A stretch of DNA of 26,073 bases, from positions 1 through 26,073 of the forward strand of contig JBGSVZ010000049.1 of the NCBI GenBank assembly GCA_041752695.1. Direction: 5' to 3'. The DNA comes from Terrimicrobiaceae bacterium. GTDB taxonomy: Bacteria > Verrucomicrobiota > Verrucomicrobiia > Chthoniobacterales > Terrimicrobiaceae. This document shows, piece after piece, positions 1 to 8,375 of the stretch (within the stretch, counting starts at the first letter, position 1; every line of letters starts with the position of its first letter). Made by a program: the position numbers and the translations under genes. The notes under the pieces were generated by a model that was not told the DNA's origin, made no database searches, and worked only from the letters and a program-made list of their open reading frames with translations.

Positions 1-1
1 A

Positions 2-205
2 AAGTTCGTGACCCTCACCGGAGAAAGTCCGGCGCGTTACCGGCGGCGGATGTTGATCTTACGTGCGCAAAGCTTGATGCGGGAGCGTGATTTGCCCGAC
101 CGCGCCATTGCGGCGGCCTTGGGCTTCTGTGATGAGTTTCAATTTTCGAAAACCTTCAGAAGGCTTGCTGGTTGCTGCCCTCGGCAGTGGCGGATCAGAC
201 GGTAG
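2..205 (+). CDS. AraC family transcriptional regulator, C-terminal HTH fragment (5' end lies outside the window)
   Basis: The frame is open from position 2: KFVTLTGESPARYR...IAAALGFCDEFQFSKTFRRLAGCCPRQWR. This matches the AraC signature (IA..LGF.D...FS+.F++..G..P..+R). Stop TAG at 203-205. Confidence 0.9.
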   Translation, partial: KFVTLTGESPARYRRRMLILRAQSLMRERDLPDRAIAAALGFCDEFQFSKTFRRLAGCCPRQWRIRR

Positions 206-551
206 TGGCAGGACGGTGATTTTCTCCCCATCGCAACATTTCGGAAAGAATTGGGAGCAAGGTTTCGCCCAGTGGCGTGAGCCTGTAGCGGGGTCTCGCC
301 GCTGGCTCATCTGTCCGGCGCGAAACTAAACCCCGGGCACAAAGTTCCTTCAACTCCTGAAAAAGCATTTTGCGGGTTACCAGGGGGATGGCTCGATGCA
401 ATTCCGCAGGCGACCGACAGCCTTCGTTGATTTTCCAAAGGATAATGGGTTTCCACCGGGTCCCGAGAAGGGTAAACGTATAGGTCATTGGGCAACCCAA
501 AACGAGATTACGAACGTTGATTTGATTGGTCGAGGTCGGCTTTCGCATCAT
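195..551 (-). CDS. HxlR family winged-helix transcriptional regulator (~118 aa)
   Basis: Motifs GCPMTYTFTLLGTRWKPIILWKI, ELHRAIPLVTRKMLFQELKEL and YRLTPLGETLLPILSEMLRWG are typical of HxlR. I moved the start from 629 to the ATG at 551 (or 548) so it does not overlap the divergent gene. Confidence 0.92.
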   Translation of the reverse strand: MMRKPTSTNQINVRNLVLGCPMTYTFTLLGTRWKPIILWKINEGCRSPAELHRAIPLVTRKMLFQELKELCARGLVSRRTDEPAARPRYRLTPLGETLLPILSEMLRWGENHRPATTV

Positions 552-574
552 GGTCACTTTTTTGTAGCCCTTAC
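552..574. promoter_or_regulatory. Probable HxlR-family operator in the divergent promoter region
   Basis: GGTCACTTTTTTGTAGCCCTTAC lies in the 58-bp gap between hxlR and the reductase. It resembles, from recall, the CAC/TAC-T-tract-GTA arrangement commonly seen beside HxlR-family genes. Confidence 0.45.
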
Positions 575-609
575 GTTCGGGCTTATTGATTGGATAGTGT
601 GCCGTCGTT

Positions 610-1245
610 ATGAATACAAGGATTGGCATTCTCGGAACGGGTAGCGTAGGACATGCTCTTGGTAATCTCCTTGGTCAACAGGGATACAGCGTCGTCTTTG
701 GTGCCCGCGATCCAGAAAAGGCCGCAGCAACTTTGGGCAGAGACGCAGAGGTGATGACTCCCGTGGACCTTGCGGCAGAGTGCGATCTGCTGATTGTTGC
801 GGTTCCCTGGACCGGCGCATCGGATCTTTTGAAAGGCCTCCCGAACCTGGACGGCAAGGTAATTGTGGATGCGACCAATCCACTGAATGCCGATTGGTCG
901 CCATTGCTGCTGGGCCAAGAAACTTCGGCCGGGGAGGAGCTGCAGAAAGCACTGCCAGGGGTGCGGGTGGTTAAGGCTTTTAATACCATATTTGCGGACA
1001 TGATGACGGAGGAAAAGATCCGGGCGGCCACGGCTCCGGTCACGGCGTTCTTCTGTGGAAATGATGCCGAGGCGAAAAAGAGCGTGGCGGAGATTCTGAC
1101 CAAGATCGGCTTGCAGCCACGGGATGCCGGGGCAATTTCCAGTGCGCGGTACCTGGAGGCGATCGCGCATTTGAACATTCATATCGCGGTTGCTTTGCAG
1201 GGTGGAACCCATGCCTTCTTCTCATACGAGGATGTCCAGAGCTGA
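610..1245 (+). CDS. NADPH-dependent F420 reductase-like / NAD(P)-binding oxidoreductase (F420_oxidored family)
   Basis: Rossmann motif IGILGTGSVG plus family motifs LIVAVPW, GKVIVDATNPL, VVKAFNTIF, CGNDAEAK and DAG.I..ARYLE. Confidence 0.9.
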   Translation: MNTRIGILGTGSVGHALGNLLGQQGYSVVFGARDPEKAAATLGRDAEVMTPVDLAAECDLLIVAVPWTGASDLLKGLPNLDGKVIVDATNPLNADWSPLLLGQETSAGEELQKALPGVRVVKAFNTIFADMMTEEKIRAATAPVTAFFCGNDAEAKKSVAEILTKIGLQPRDAGAISSARYLEAIAHLNIHIAVALQGGTHAFFSYEDVQS

Positions 1246-1511
1246 GCGGAGCAGTTCGTTCGAATTTGAAAGCCGAGGGTTCAATTCGCCCGAGGCGATG
1301 ATGGGAATAGGCGCAATCGTCGCTGGAGAGGGGACGCATTGCCGATGGTTTTCTTTCCAGGAGGACGGGGAAATACGGGGCAGATTTCAAAGGTAATGGG
1401 ACCGGTTCTAAATCGATGGGATTCCTGAAGTGAAGAATTCTCTAGTTGGTCTCATGAGCGATCTTCGCCAGATACAATTTCGAAATTTTCACTTGACGGA
1501 TGATCGAATAT

Positions 1512-1525
1512 TATCAACACTATCA
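1512..1525. promoter_or_regulatory. Candidate operator TATCA-N4-TATCA (copy 1)
   Basis: TATCAacacTATCA upstream of the PEP-CTERM gene, with TTGACG at 1493-1498. The same motif recurs at 3855 and, inverted, at 11391. Confidence 0.55.
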
Positions 1526-1597
1526 AAAGAAACACAACAATTTTCCCGCAGCGATTCGACGCGGATGTCTCGCAATTGGTCAAACTCAAACACCCAC

Positions 1598-2434
1598 ATG
1601 AAAACCACAGCAATTCGATTGGCCCTTGTTACGTTTACTGTCTATTCGTCGCAAGCGTTGGCGGCCCCGGTCCTCACCGCCGTCGGCGTGGACACGACCA
1701 CAAAGGCGGACTGGCGTACGACCACGACGGTGAAGCCTTATACGATCGGCAGCAACACGATCTACGGAACCGATGGATATAGCACCTTGGCGACGAGACC
1801 CACAGGCTCCAGCAGTGTCGTAAGCGTGGCAACTTCCGAAGTGCTCACCGGCAACGCCGCGACGACCACAGCGGGAATCTCCGCGATCAACGACGTGCCC
1901 TCCTTTGTGACGATTTCGGCCATCGGCACAGGGTGGAATTGGTATAATTCCGGCAATCCCGGTGCCACGATCGATAATCCCTCGCTGACGCCCGGCCCGG
2001 TCGTCGCTGACACGAGACTTGGTTTGTCCTTTCGCAGCCTCAGTGGCAGTGCGACCGATTTGTTTACCCTGACTTTCGCGGCGGATGCGCCGGACAATAT
2101 TCGTATCGGGATTCTGCAGGAAGGCACAGGCGGTGCGATTTCCAGCTTTTCGCTCACTAGTGGTGCCGCGTCCGCCACGCAGTCAATCACCGGAATGGCG
2201 TCCAACGATCACCTGATGCGCTATGTCTTCTTTGATATTCAGAACGCGGCCAATCAGACGGTGACCTTATCGCTAACCGGATCAGGAGGCGTAAATAATT
2301 ACGGTATTGGCGGCTTCTCGTTTGATGTGATCCCCGAGCCTTCCACTACGGTTTTGCTCGCGGCAGGTGCTGTGGCTCTGGTGGTCACCGGCCGGAAGCG
2401 TCGAAGAACAGTTGGCGACGCTCGGGTGGCTTGA
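1598..2434 (+). CDS. PEP-CTERM sorting-domain surface protein (~278 aa, Thr/Ser/Gly-rich)
   Basis: Signal peptide MKTTAIRLALVTFTVYSSQALA from the ATG at 1598. C-terminal VIPEPSTTVLLAAGAVALVVTGRKRRR gives the PEP motif, a transmembrane helix and a basic tail. Confidence 0.93.
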   Translation: MKTTAIRLALVTFTVYSSQALAAPVLTAVGVDTTTKADWRTTTTVKPYTIGSNTIYGTDGYSTLATRPTGSSSVVSVATSEVLTGNAATTTAGISAINDVPSFVTISAIGTGWNWYNSGNPGATIDNPSLTPGPVVADTRLGLSFRSLSGSATDLFTLTFAADAPDNIRIGILQEGTGGAISSFSLTSGAASATQSITGMASNDHLMRYVFFDIQNAANQTVTLSLTGSGGVNNYGIGGFSFDVIPEPSTTVLLAAGAVALVVTGRKRRRTVGDARVA

Positions 2435-2614
2435 GCACGAGGCTGGCGCTGGCCGGACGGTGAAGAGCGGTGCGGGATTGAAATCTCGTGCCCTGACAAG
2501 CGGCGCGGCTATTTGGGGGTGATGAGGCTCCGAATGTTCGAACTCGCGGTCCAGCGCTCTTTTGTCGACAGCGCCGAGAGAAAAATGTAGGAAGCTACCC
2601 CAGTAAACCTTCCG

Positions 2615-3742
2615 ATGGCTGTCAGAAAATCCGTTACCCGAAAACTGCTGCCCGCTGGGGCAAGTGTACGCAAACAAATCACGGACTCGTTCCGCCAGAA
2701 GCTCGAGTCAGGGGAACTCAAGCCCGGAGACAGGCTGCCTTCCACGCTGGAGTTGGCCCGACTATGGAACACCCAGGAGCCGACAATCCAAAGAGCTCTG
2801 GCTCCCTTGGTGAAAGAAGGGCATCTCGATCGGACACCACGACTGGGAACATTTGTCAACCATCGCAGCCGCAAGGCGGTGACAATTGGAATTTATGCTC
2901 CGAATACATTGTGGCGTAATGAGTTGTATCGCTTCAGCAGGATGCTCATCTATGAATTACAAAAGCAACTCGAGGCTGCTTCCATTGAGGCGAAACTCTT
3001 TATCGATCCGCGGCCGTTACAGCAGCAGACGACGGCTTGGGACGGATTGCTCGACGCGATCACGATCTCTCGCCTGGATGCCCTGATCGTGCCGATGACC
3101 GATCTTCCGCACCTGAATTGGCTGGCTAAGCTTCCGGTGCCGAGCGTTTACCAGACGGGAAAGAGAATGCCCAACCGGGTTACCTTTGACATGAGAAGCA
3201 TGGCGACCGGTGCGCTCGAATTGCTCGTCAAGCAGGGGTGCAAGAGCGTCGGCATGATCATGGTGGGCTCTTTCGCCCGCAAGAGCGACGGGAGTGAGAG
3301 CGAGTTAACGGAGTTCCACTCTCAGTGGACTCGAACGTGCAAGCGGCTGCGGTTGGAGAATCGACGGGAGTGGACCCTGAATGCAGATCCTTCGAACCGA
3401 AAGCGCCTGGACGAACATTGGTACGAGAGGTTTGGGCATGATTCGGTCGAGAGGTTGATGAAAATGAAGGTGAGACCGGACGGGATGTTTGTCTACACCG
3501 ACGACGTGGCGCGTGGAGCGATAATGGCGGCCCTGAGACATGGCACGAAGTTTGAAAAGGCCGTCAAGCTCGTGCTCCACAGGAACACGCAGGTTGGCCT
3601 TTTCTGTCCTTTGCCGGCGGCTTTTGTCGAGGTGGACATCTCGAAGGTCGCTGCAGCGCTGATCGAACAGGCCCTGCTCTTGAGAAACGGGAAAACCGTC
3701 GTGGAGAAGCTCGTGCCCTACGACTTCATCCCTGCAGCATAA
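2615..3742 (+). CDS. GntR-family regulator with N-terminal wHTH and C-terminal LacI-type sugar-binding domain (AraR-like architecture), copy 1
   Basis: GELKPGDRLPSTLELARLW...TIQRALAPLVKEGHLDRTPRLGTFV is a GntR HTH. The ~290-aa C-terminal part has RPDGMFVYTDDVARGAIMAA, a periplasmic-binding-protein-like sensor motif. Confidence 0.92.
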   Translation: MAVRKSVTRKLLPAGASVRKQITDSFRQKLESGELKPGDRLPSTLELARLWNTQEPTIQRALAPLVKEGHLDRTPRLGTFVNHRSRKAVTIGIYAPNTLWRNELYRFSRMLIYELQKQLEAASIEAKLFIDPRPLQQQTTAWDGLLDAITISRLDALIVPMTDLPHLNWLAKLPVPSVYQTGKRMPNRVTFDMRSMATGALELLVKQGCKSVGMIMVGSFARKSDGSESELTEFHSQWTRTCKRLRLENRREWTLNADPSNRKRLDEHWYERFGHDSVERLMKMKVRPDGMFVYTDDVARGAIMAALRHGTKFEKAVKLVLHRNTQVGLFCPLPAAFVEVDISKVAAALIEQALLLRNGKTVVEKLVPYDFIPAA

Positions 3743-3854
3743 CAGCTCCTCCGCCGTTTTTCGCCGATGCGGATCCGGGTTCCGGGTGGCTCGCGATCAT
3801 TCCTTCCGCACGACATTTGTACAAAAACCGGTTGACCGACCGCGAACTGAATAG

Positions 3855-3879
3855 TATCAAAGTTATCACATTTTGATAA
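3855..3879. promoter_or_regulatory. Candidate operator TATCA-N4-TATCA plus an inverted third half-site (copy 2)
   Basis: TATCAaagtTATCAcatttTGATAA; TTATCA-N5-TGATAA is a perfect inverted pair. TTGACC lies at 3832-3837. Confidence 0.6.
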
Positions 3880-3953
3880 ACTTTTCCAAACGTCCATTTG
3901 ATTTTGATTTCTCGCTGGATGCATCGGCTGGCGGATGTGCCGATGGGGCAATA

Positions 3954-4316
3954 ATGATGAAGATTCCGAGGGCATTTACTTTGCTTCCAGTTGTTGTCTG
4001 TGTCGCTATCTGTACCGTTCTGGCTGGCCTTCTCATTGCGACGCCCTCGAAGATGCGCCTTCGGGCGGATGAGGCCGGTCTTGTTTCGAATCTTCGCAAG
4101 GTGAGTGCTGCTGTGCTTGCGTTGGCGGCGGATAATGAGAGTGGGATCCCTTCGGTTGTAAGAGGCATTAATCATTCGACCATGTGGCAGTTTTCGGATG
4201 CCCGTTACTTTTGTGAGTATCCGGATGTTCCGGAATATTATCAGGCAAATGTGATTCGTTGCAGCGCTCTCCGCGTTTACGGCGACAAGACGATATTAGG
4301 CTTTGATGAATGCTGA
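3954..4316 (+). CDS. Short, degenerate prepilin-type (type II secretion/type IV pilin-like) protein, ~120 aa; possibly a pseudogene
   Basis: MMKIPRA|FTLLPVVVCVAICTVLAGLL...ADEAGLVSNLRKVSAAVLALAADNESGIP aligns by eye with the N-terminus of the 18073 prepilin. Glu+5 is replaced by Pro and there is no C-terminal DGH motif. Confidence 0.7.
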   Translation: MMKIPRAFTLLPVVVCVAICTVLAGLLIATPSKMRLRADEAGLVSNLRKVSAAVLALAADNESGIPSVVRGINHSTMWQFSDARYFCEYPDVPEYYQANVIRCSALRVYGDKTILGFDEC

Positions 4317-6372
4317 ACTTGAGACACCCGACCAATTCTACGTACCTGACTCCGGAGGGGGCCTTGCGGGTCCGATTCGAAAGGTAGTCGGAACACCGGT
4401 CTTTGACCCCGCTGGCATGCGTCGCCGCAAGACCGCCTTCTTCCGGCAAGTACAATCCCGGGCGGCCAGCTTCTTCACGCCGGAGGGAACATTCCGTCGT
4501 GAGGTGGAGCCGGACCATCGGATCACGTTCTGGATGCTCCCGGCATTGCTGGCGGCGGAAGACCCTGAAATCAGATTGATGGCGTTGAGGCTCTATGCGA
4601 ACGATCCGAGTTGGACGGAATGGAATATTTTCCAGACCTCGAGTATCGCGGTGAACCTCATGCGCGAGCGCGCGCTTTTGACGCCGGAGTTGATTTCCCG
4701 CTCGGAGGAGCATCTGGGAAAGTTCTGCCGTGTCGAAGGCGGAAGGAAACCCTGCAGTGCTTCGAATGATTATATGTTCCACGGAGCAAATGACAACATG
4801 CCGTCGATGGCCACGCGTTCCCTGGTCTTTGCCGGGGAGTTGCTGGGGCGGCAGGATCTGCTCGATCATGGTCTTTTTTTACTCGAAGGCCTTTGCGCCC
4901 ATTTTCAGCGGCGCGGGCTTCTTGGCGAATACAACAGTAGCACGTATTCTCCGATCTCGGTTGCAGCGCTCATGGATGTCGCGGAATGCAGTGGGAACCT
5001 TGACGCCGCCGAAATGGCGGAGGCCTGCGCCAATCGTGCGCTGTTGGACGTTGTGGCCCATTGGCACCAACGAATCGGTGCGCCCTCGGGTTCAAGTTCG
5101 CGTTGCTACCTGCCCGACCACACGATCACCCTGAGTACTCAGAATGCCCTGATGTGGTATTTGGGTTTTCCAAACACGATCAATCCGATCAGGGAGCTCG
5201 ACGGTAGCTACGACGGACCGCTGCATCACGGACCGGGCGAGGCGCATGTGATTGCCGCTCAGACCGAGTGTTTTTCACCAGACTTCTCACGCGTGCGACG
5301 GGGCATAATCAAGTTTGCCCGCACCGAGCGCTCGTATCCCTACGAGGTGCGCGCTGTGATGGATTCGATTAAGACCACAAGTGTCCAGATCCGGACCTGG
5401 CAGCAGCCAGAGTGGTCGCTGGGGACCGCTTCAGGTGAGATGTGGCCGCTGCAAAGCGGTCAGCATGTGACTCTGCGTGGCACCCTGCTCCGTGGTGGCG
5501 AGGCCGATAACTGGCGCAACCGAGTCGCCTGTTGGCACTATTTGCAGAGTGGTCCGATAGACTGGGGCGACGAGGTTCCTGCTTATCATGGGCTTAATGC
5601 GCCAACGACGGCGGTAAGCGATTACGGGCAGTATCACACCCTTCAGCACCGCGGAAGTGCAATGGTGCTCGGTCACCTGGGCACGTCCCTCCTTGGCAAG
5701 GAAGTCGAGAGTCTCAAGTTTGTGTTCCTTGCCAGTATCTTCGGCTGCCTTCCGGACGAAATGCTAGTAAATGATTCTGACCTGAAGCAGTGGAGCGGAG
5801 AGGGGACGTCTGACGACTGGCATTTTCTGCGTTTTGGCAGCGTCTTTGCCGGCATCCGGGCTTCGGGAATGTTCGAAGGCAAGGCGCTTCCGGTGCGCCG
5901 CGTGCTTAAGGATGGTTATCTCCGACTTGAGTTGCCCGTGATCAACGGGGGCCGACGCATCGTGACCTCTGAACTCCGCAAAGACCTCGACTTTGCCTAT
6001 GTGATGGAAATGGCCTCTGTGGATGAATGCAGTTTTGCGGAATTCCGCCGCCAGTGCATAAAAGGCAAATGGGAGTGCTATCGGGCTTTTTACCGTAACA
6101 GCCGCTATCAGGGACGTCACGGCGAACTTCAAATTGTCGACAGCATCGACCCGGAGGGCGTGCGGTTTATGGCGGTGGATGGTCAAACGGAACCAGCCAC
6201 ATTTTTTCAAGCGAGCGGAATGGATTCCTCATTGCTTGAGCTCTTTGAAGACGGACGGAAAGTGCGCCAACGCCGGATTGTTCACGATTTCGACTTTGTC
6301 GGCTCACCGTTCTATCCTGTTCGCGAGCACGTCCTTGCCCGGGATACTCAGCCCGACAATGTCCCATCATGA
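4306..6372 (+). CDS. Uncharacterised ~688-aa protein; predicted helical N-half and beta-rich C-half, reminiscent of heparinase II/III / polysaccharide-lyase architecture
   Basis: Long ORF overlapping both neighbours. Motifs ANDNMPSMA and GEYNSSTYSPIS. No signal peptide. The CDS is well supported, but the fold call is tentative. Confidence 0.65.
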   Translation: MNAELETPDQFYVPDSGGGLAGPIRKVVGTPVFDPAGMRRRKTAFFRQVQSRAASFFTPEGTFRREVEPDHRITFWMLPALLAAEDPEIRLMALRLYANDPSWTEWNIFQTSSIAVNLMRERALLTPELISRSEEHLGKFCRVEGGRKPCSASNDYMFHGANDNMPSMATRSLVFAGELLGRQDLLDHGLFLLEGLCAHFQRRGLLGEYNSSTYSPISVAALMDVAECSGNLDAAEMAEACANRALLDVVAHWHQRIGAPSGSSSRCYLPDHTITLSTQNALMWYLGFPNTINPIRELDGSYDGPLHHGPGEAHVIAAQTECFSPDFSRVRRGIIKFARTERSYPYEVRAVMDSIKTTSVQIRTWQQPEWSLGTASGEMWPLQSGQHVTLRGTLLRGGEADNWRNRVACWHYLQSGPIDWGDEVPAYHGLNAPTTAVSDYGQYHTLQHRGSAMVLGHLGTSLLGKEVESLKFVFLASIFGCLPDEMLVNDSDLKQWSGEGTSDDWHFLRFGSVFAGIRASGMFEGKALPVRRVLKDGYLRLELPVINGGRRIVTSELRKDLDFAYVMEMASVDECSFAEFRRQCIKGKWECYRAFYRNSRYQGRHGELQIVDSIDPEGVRFMAVDGQTEPATFFQASGMDSSLLELFEDGRKVRQRRIVHDFDFVGSPFYPVREHVLARDTQPDNVPS

Positions 6373-8288
6373 GTCGCCCGTTGTGGCCGGAGTTTTCGAT
6401 TGGGCCCTACGGCGGTGTTCCCACGCTTCACGAGGCTGCAGTGCCAGATCTTGGCTGGGCCGTGGCGAAACCCTATCTCCCGCCGCACTACGAAGTATTT
6501 GCGACCGGTTCCCGCATGGGACTGCGGCACCTTCAAGTCGATGCGACATTTGCCGAGGATATCTACCATCCAGAACTGCGTTTTTGGCAGGGGCCGGACA
6601 CCTTTGACGGGAGTGCACAGGACACGCACTTTCGCGCTGCAGCGGAGGCGGCTGGTGGCGAGATTTGGCTCCAACTTCGACTCTATGCAGGGGCTCCTGA
6701 ATGGTGGACGGTCGCAAATCCTGCGGAGTGTCAGGTTTATGCCGACGGCACCGATGTCATCGAGTTGCAGCGGGCGGGGGTGCGTCGGCTTCCCTCGCTG
6801 GCGTCGGAACGGTGGAGAAGGGAATCCTGTGAAGCTCTGGCCAGATATCTCGATTGGCTGGTCGATTCCGGATGGAGCAGCCGGGTAAGCATGATTCTCG
6901 TTTCCGGTGGAATTACCTGGGAATGGGGTATCCTCGGAACGGACGGACTTCCAGATTACTCGCTTCCTGCTCAATCCTATTTCCGGTGTTTTCTCCGCGA
7001 CCGATACGGCACCGAGGCAGCGCTTGCGACGGCCTGGGGCCGCCAGGAGACATTTGAAAATGCGGAAATCCCAGACGCTTCGCGGCGTTGGCGTGCTGGC
7101 GGAGACTGCGGTCTGCGGGAAGTTCCCGCAGAGCAGGATGTGATCGACCACCAGCAGAGTTTATCGGAAATGAACTCGGGTTTGCTCCTGGCCTATGCCG
7201 AAACGATCAAAGCCCACACCGCCCGCCGCGTTGTTGTGGGTGCCTTCTATGGCTATACGCTTTCCGCTCGTGAACAGAACGCCTTCACCTCCTGCTATGG
7301 ACCAGGTGGCTTCCTTGGTGGGCATCATGCGCTTGGCCGGGTCCTCGCCTCGCCGGATATCGATCTGCTGGCCGCTCCCTTTGCTTACGCCAACCGAACT
7401 CTGGGTTCCGGGTTGATCATTGAGCCGGTGCCACTGGCGAGTTGTCATCTGCACGGCAAGGCCTACTACGACGAAAACGACTGTTATACGCATTCGGGAG
7501 CGCCGGTTTCCGATGACCGCGAGTTTTCGGCCGGCGGGCTTTCCATTGGGAACGCCGCTTCTCTGGCCGAATCGCTCCAGACTCTGCAACTGGCGTGGGC
7601 GCAGGCTCTTGTCCGGGGCAAACACACCTGGTTCATCGAACTTTCAGGTTGGATCGACAAATATAAACCGAACTACGGAGACCCGGAGTTCCAAGCTGAG
7701 GTGCAACGGCTAAATGCGATTGGCAATGGTTTGCTGGCCTCTTTCGACCGCGCTTCGGTGACGGAGGTCGCTTTTGTGCTCGATGAGGCAAGCGTTGGAT
7801 TCGTCACACTCGACAACAAAAGATTCCGCGATGACGTCTATTTGGCTTCCATTGGGTGGGCTCATCATGGCGTGCCGCTCGATGTGATTCTTCTCGATGA
7901 CCTGCTCACTGCTCCTGAACCGGGCTACCGGATCGTCGTCCCCGCGTGGGTGAAATCACCCCCCGCACTTTCCAGCTTCGACAGCTGGTGTTCATTGAAT
8001 CCCGGGGTGGTTGTCCAATCCGACCCAAACCCTGATCTGTCTGCCATGATCGTGACGGCAGGGGTCCACCGTTATGTCCAAACTCCGGACACCGTGTGGG
8101 CAAATCGATCCATGGTGCTGGTCCATGCCAACGGCCGTGGTGACCGGTGCGTCTGCTTTCGGCAGCCTTGTTCCGGCCGTGAACTTATCGCAGGTTCGGT
8201 ATTCGATGCCCCGGGTGGTGAATTCACCTGGCATGGCAAAAATGGTGACACTGCATTGTTTTTAATCGAACAGATTTTTGCCGGATAA
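6369..8288 (+). CDS. GH42-like (beta-galactosidase-like, clan GH-A) glycoside hydrolase
   Basis: Motifs PSLASERWR, GGITWEWG, DYS...FRCFLRDRYGTEAALATAWG, YYDEND, and EVAFVLDE...GVPLDVILLDDL (trimerisation-domain-like). ATGA overlap with the upstream gene. Substrate unknown. Confidence 0.7.
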   Translation: MSRPLWPEFSIGPYGGVPTLHEAAVPDLGWAVAKPYLPPHYEVFATGSRMGLRHLQVDATFAEDIYHPELRFWQGPDTFDGSAQDTHFRAAAEAAGGEIWLQLRLYAGAPEWWTVANPAECQVYADGTDVIELQRAGVRRLPSLASERWRRESCEALARYLDWLVDSGWSSRVSMILVSGGITWEWGILGTDGLPDYSLPAQSYFRCFLRDRYGTEAALATAWGRQETFENAEIPDASRRWRAGGDCGLREVPAEQDVIDHQQSLSEMNSGLLLAYAETIKAHTARRVVVGAFYGYTLSAREQNAFTSCYGPGGFLGGHHALGRVLASPDIDLLAAPFAYANRTLGSGLIIEPVPLASCHLHGKAYYDENDCYTHSGAPVSDDREFSAGGLSIGNAASLAESLQTLQLAWAQALVRGKHTWFIELSGWIDKYKPNYGDPEFQAEVQRLNAIGNGLLASFDRASVTEVAFVLDEASVGFVTLDNKRFRDDVYLASIGWAHHGVPLDVILLDDLLTAPEPGYRIVVPAWVKSPPALSSFDSWCSLNPGVVVQSDPNPDLSAMIVTAGVHRYVQTPDTVWANRSMVLVHANGRGDRCVCFRQPCSGRELIAGSVFDAPGGEFTWHGKNGDTALFLIEQIFAG

Positions 8289-8299
8289 AGAAAAAATTA

Positions 8300-8375
8300 C
8301 TGAACTTGCAAGTTCAGAAATATTTCGATTGACCTCCCTATTATTTCCGTTATTTCATTTGGAAATAACAGAAAT
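8300..8375. promoter_or_regulatory. Palindrome-rich promoter/operator region of the second GntR gene
   Basis: Perfect palindromes CTGAACTTGCAAGTTCAG (8300-8317) and GAAATATTTC (8317-8326), TTGACC (8329-8334), and a 14-bp-arm inverted repeat at 8343-8356/8362-8375 with one mismatch. Confidence 0.6.

Noticed and set aside
195..205. 11-bp convergent overlap of the AraC and HxlR 3' ends
   Set aside because: Short tail-to-tail overlaps are common and imply nothing special.
1246..1430. Intergenic stretch containing GGTTCAATTC, resembling a tRNA T-loop
   Set aside because: I could not build a cloverleaf, acceptor stem or CCA end, and there is no support for a tRNA or other ncRNA.
1430..1597. N-terminal extension of the first PEP-CTERM ORF given in the ORF track
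   Set aside because: The signal peptide begins at ATG 1598 and the extension covers the promoter/operator region. Similar over-extensions were trimmed at 629, 3873, 8278, 20710, 22617, 23264 and 24606.
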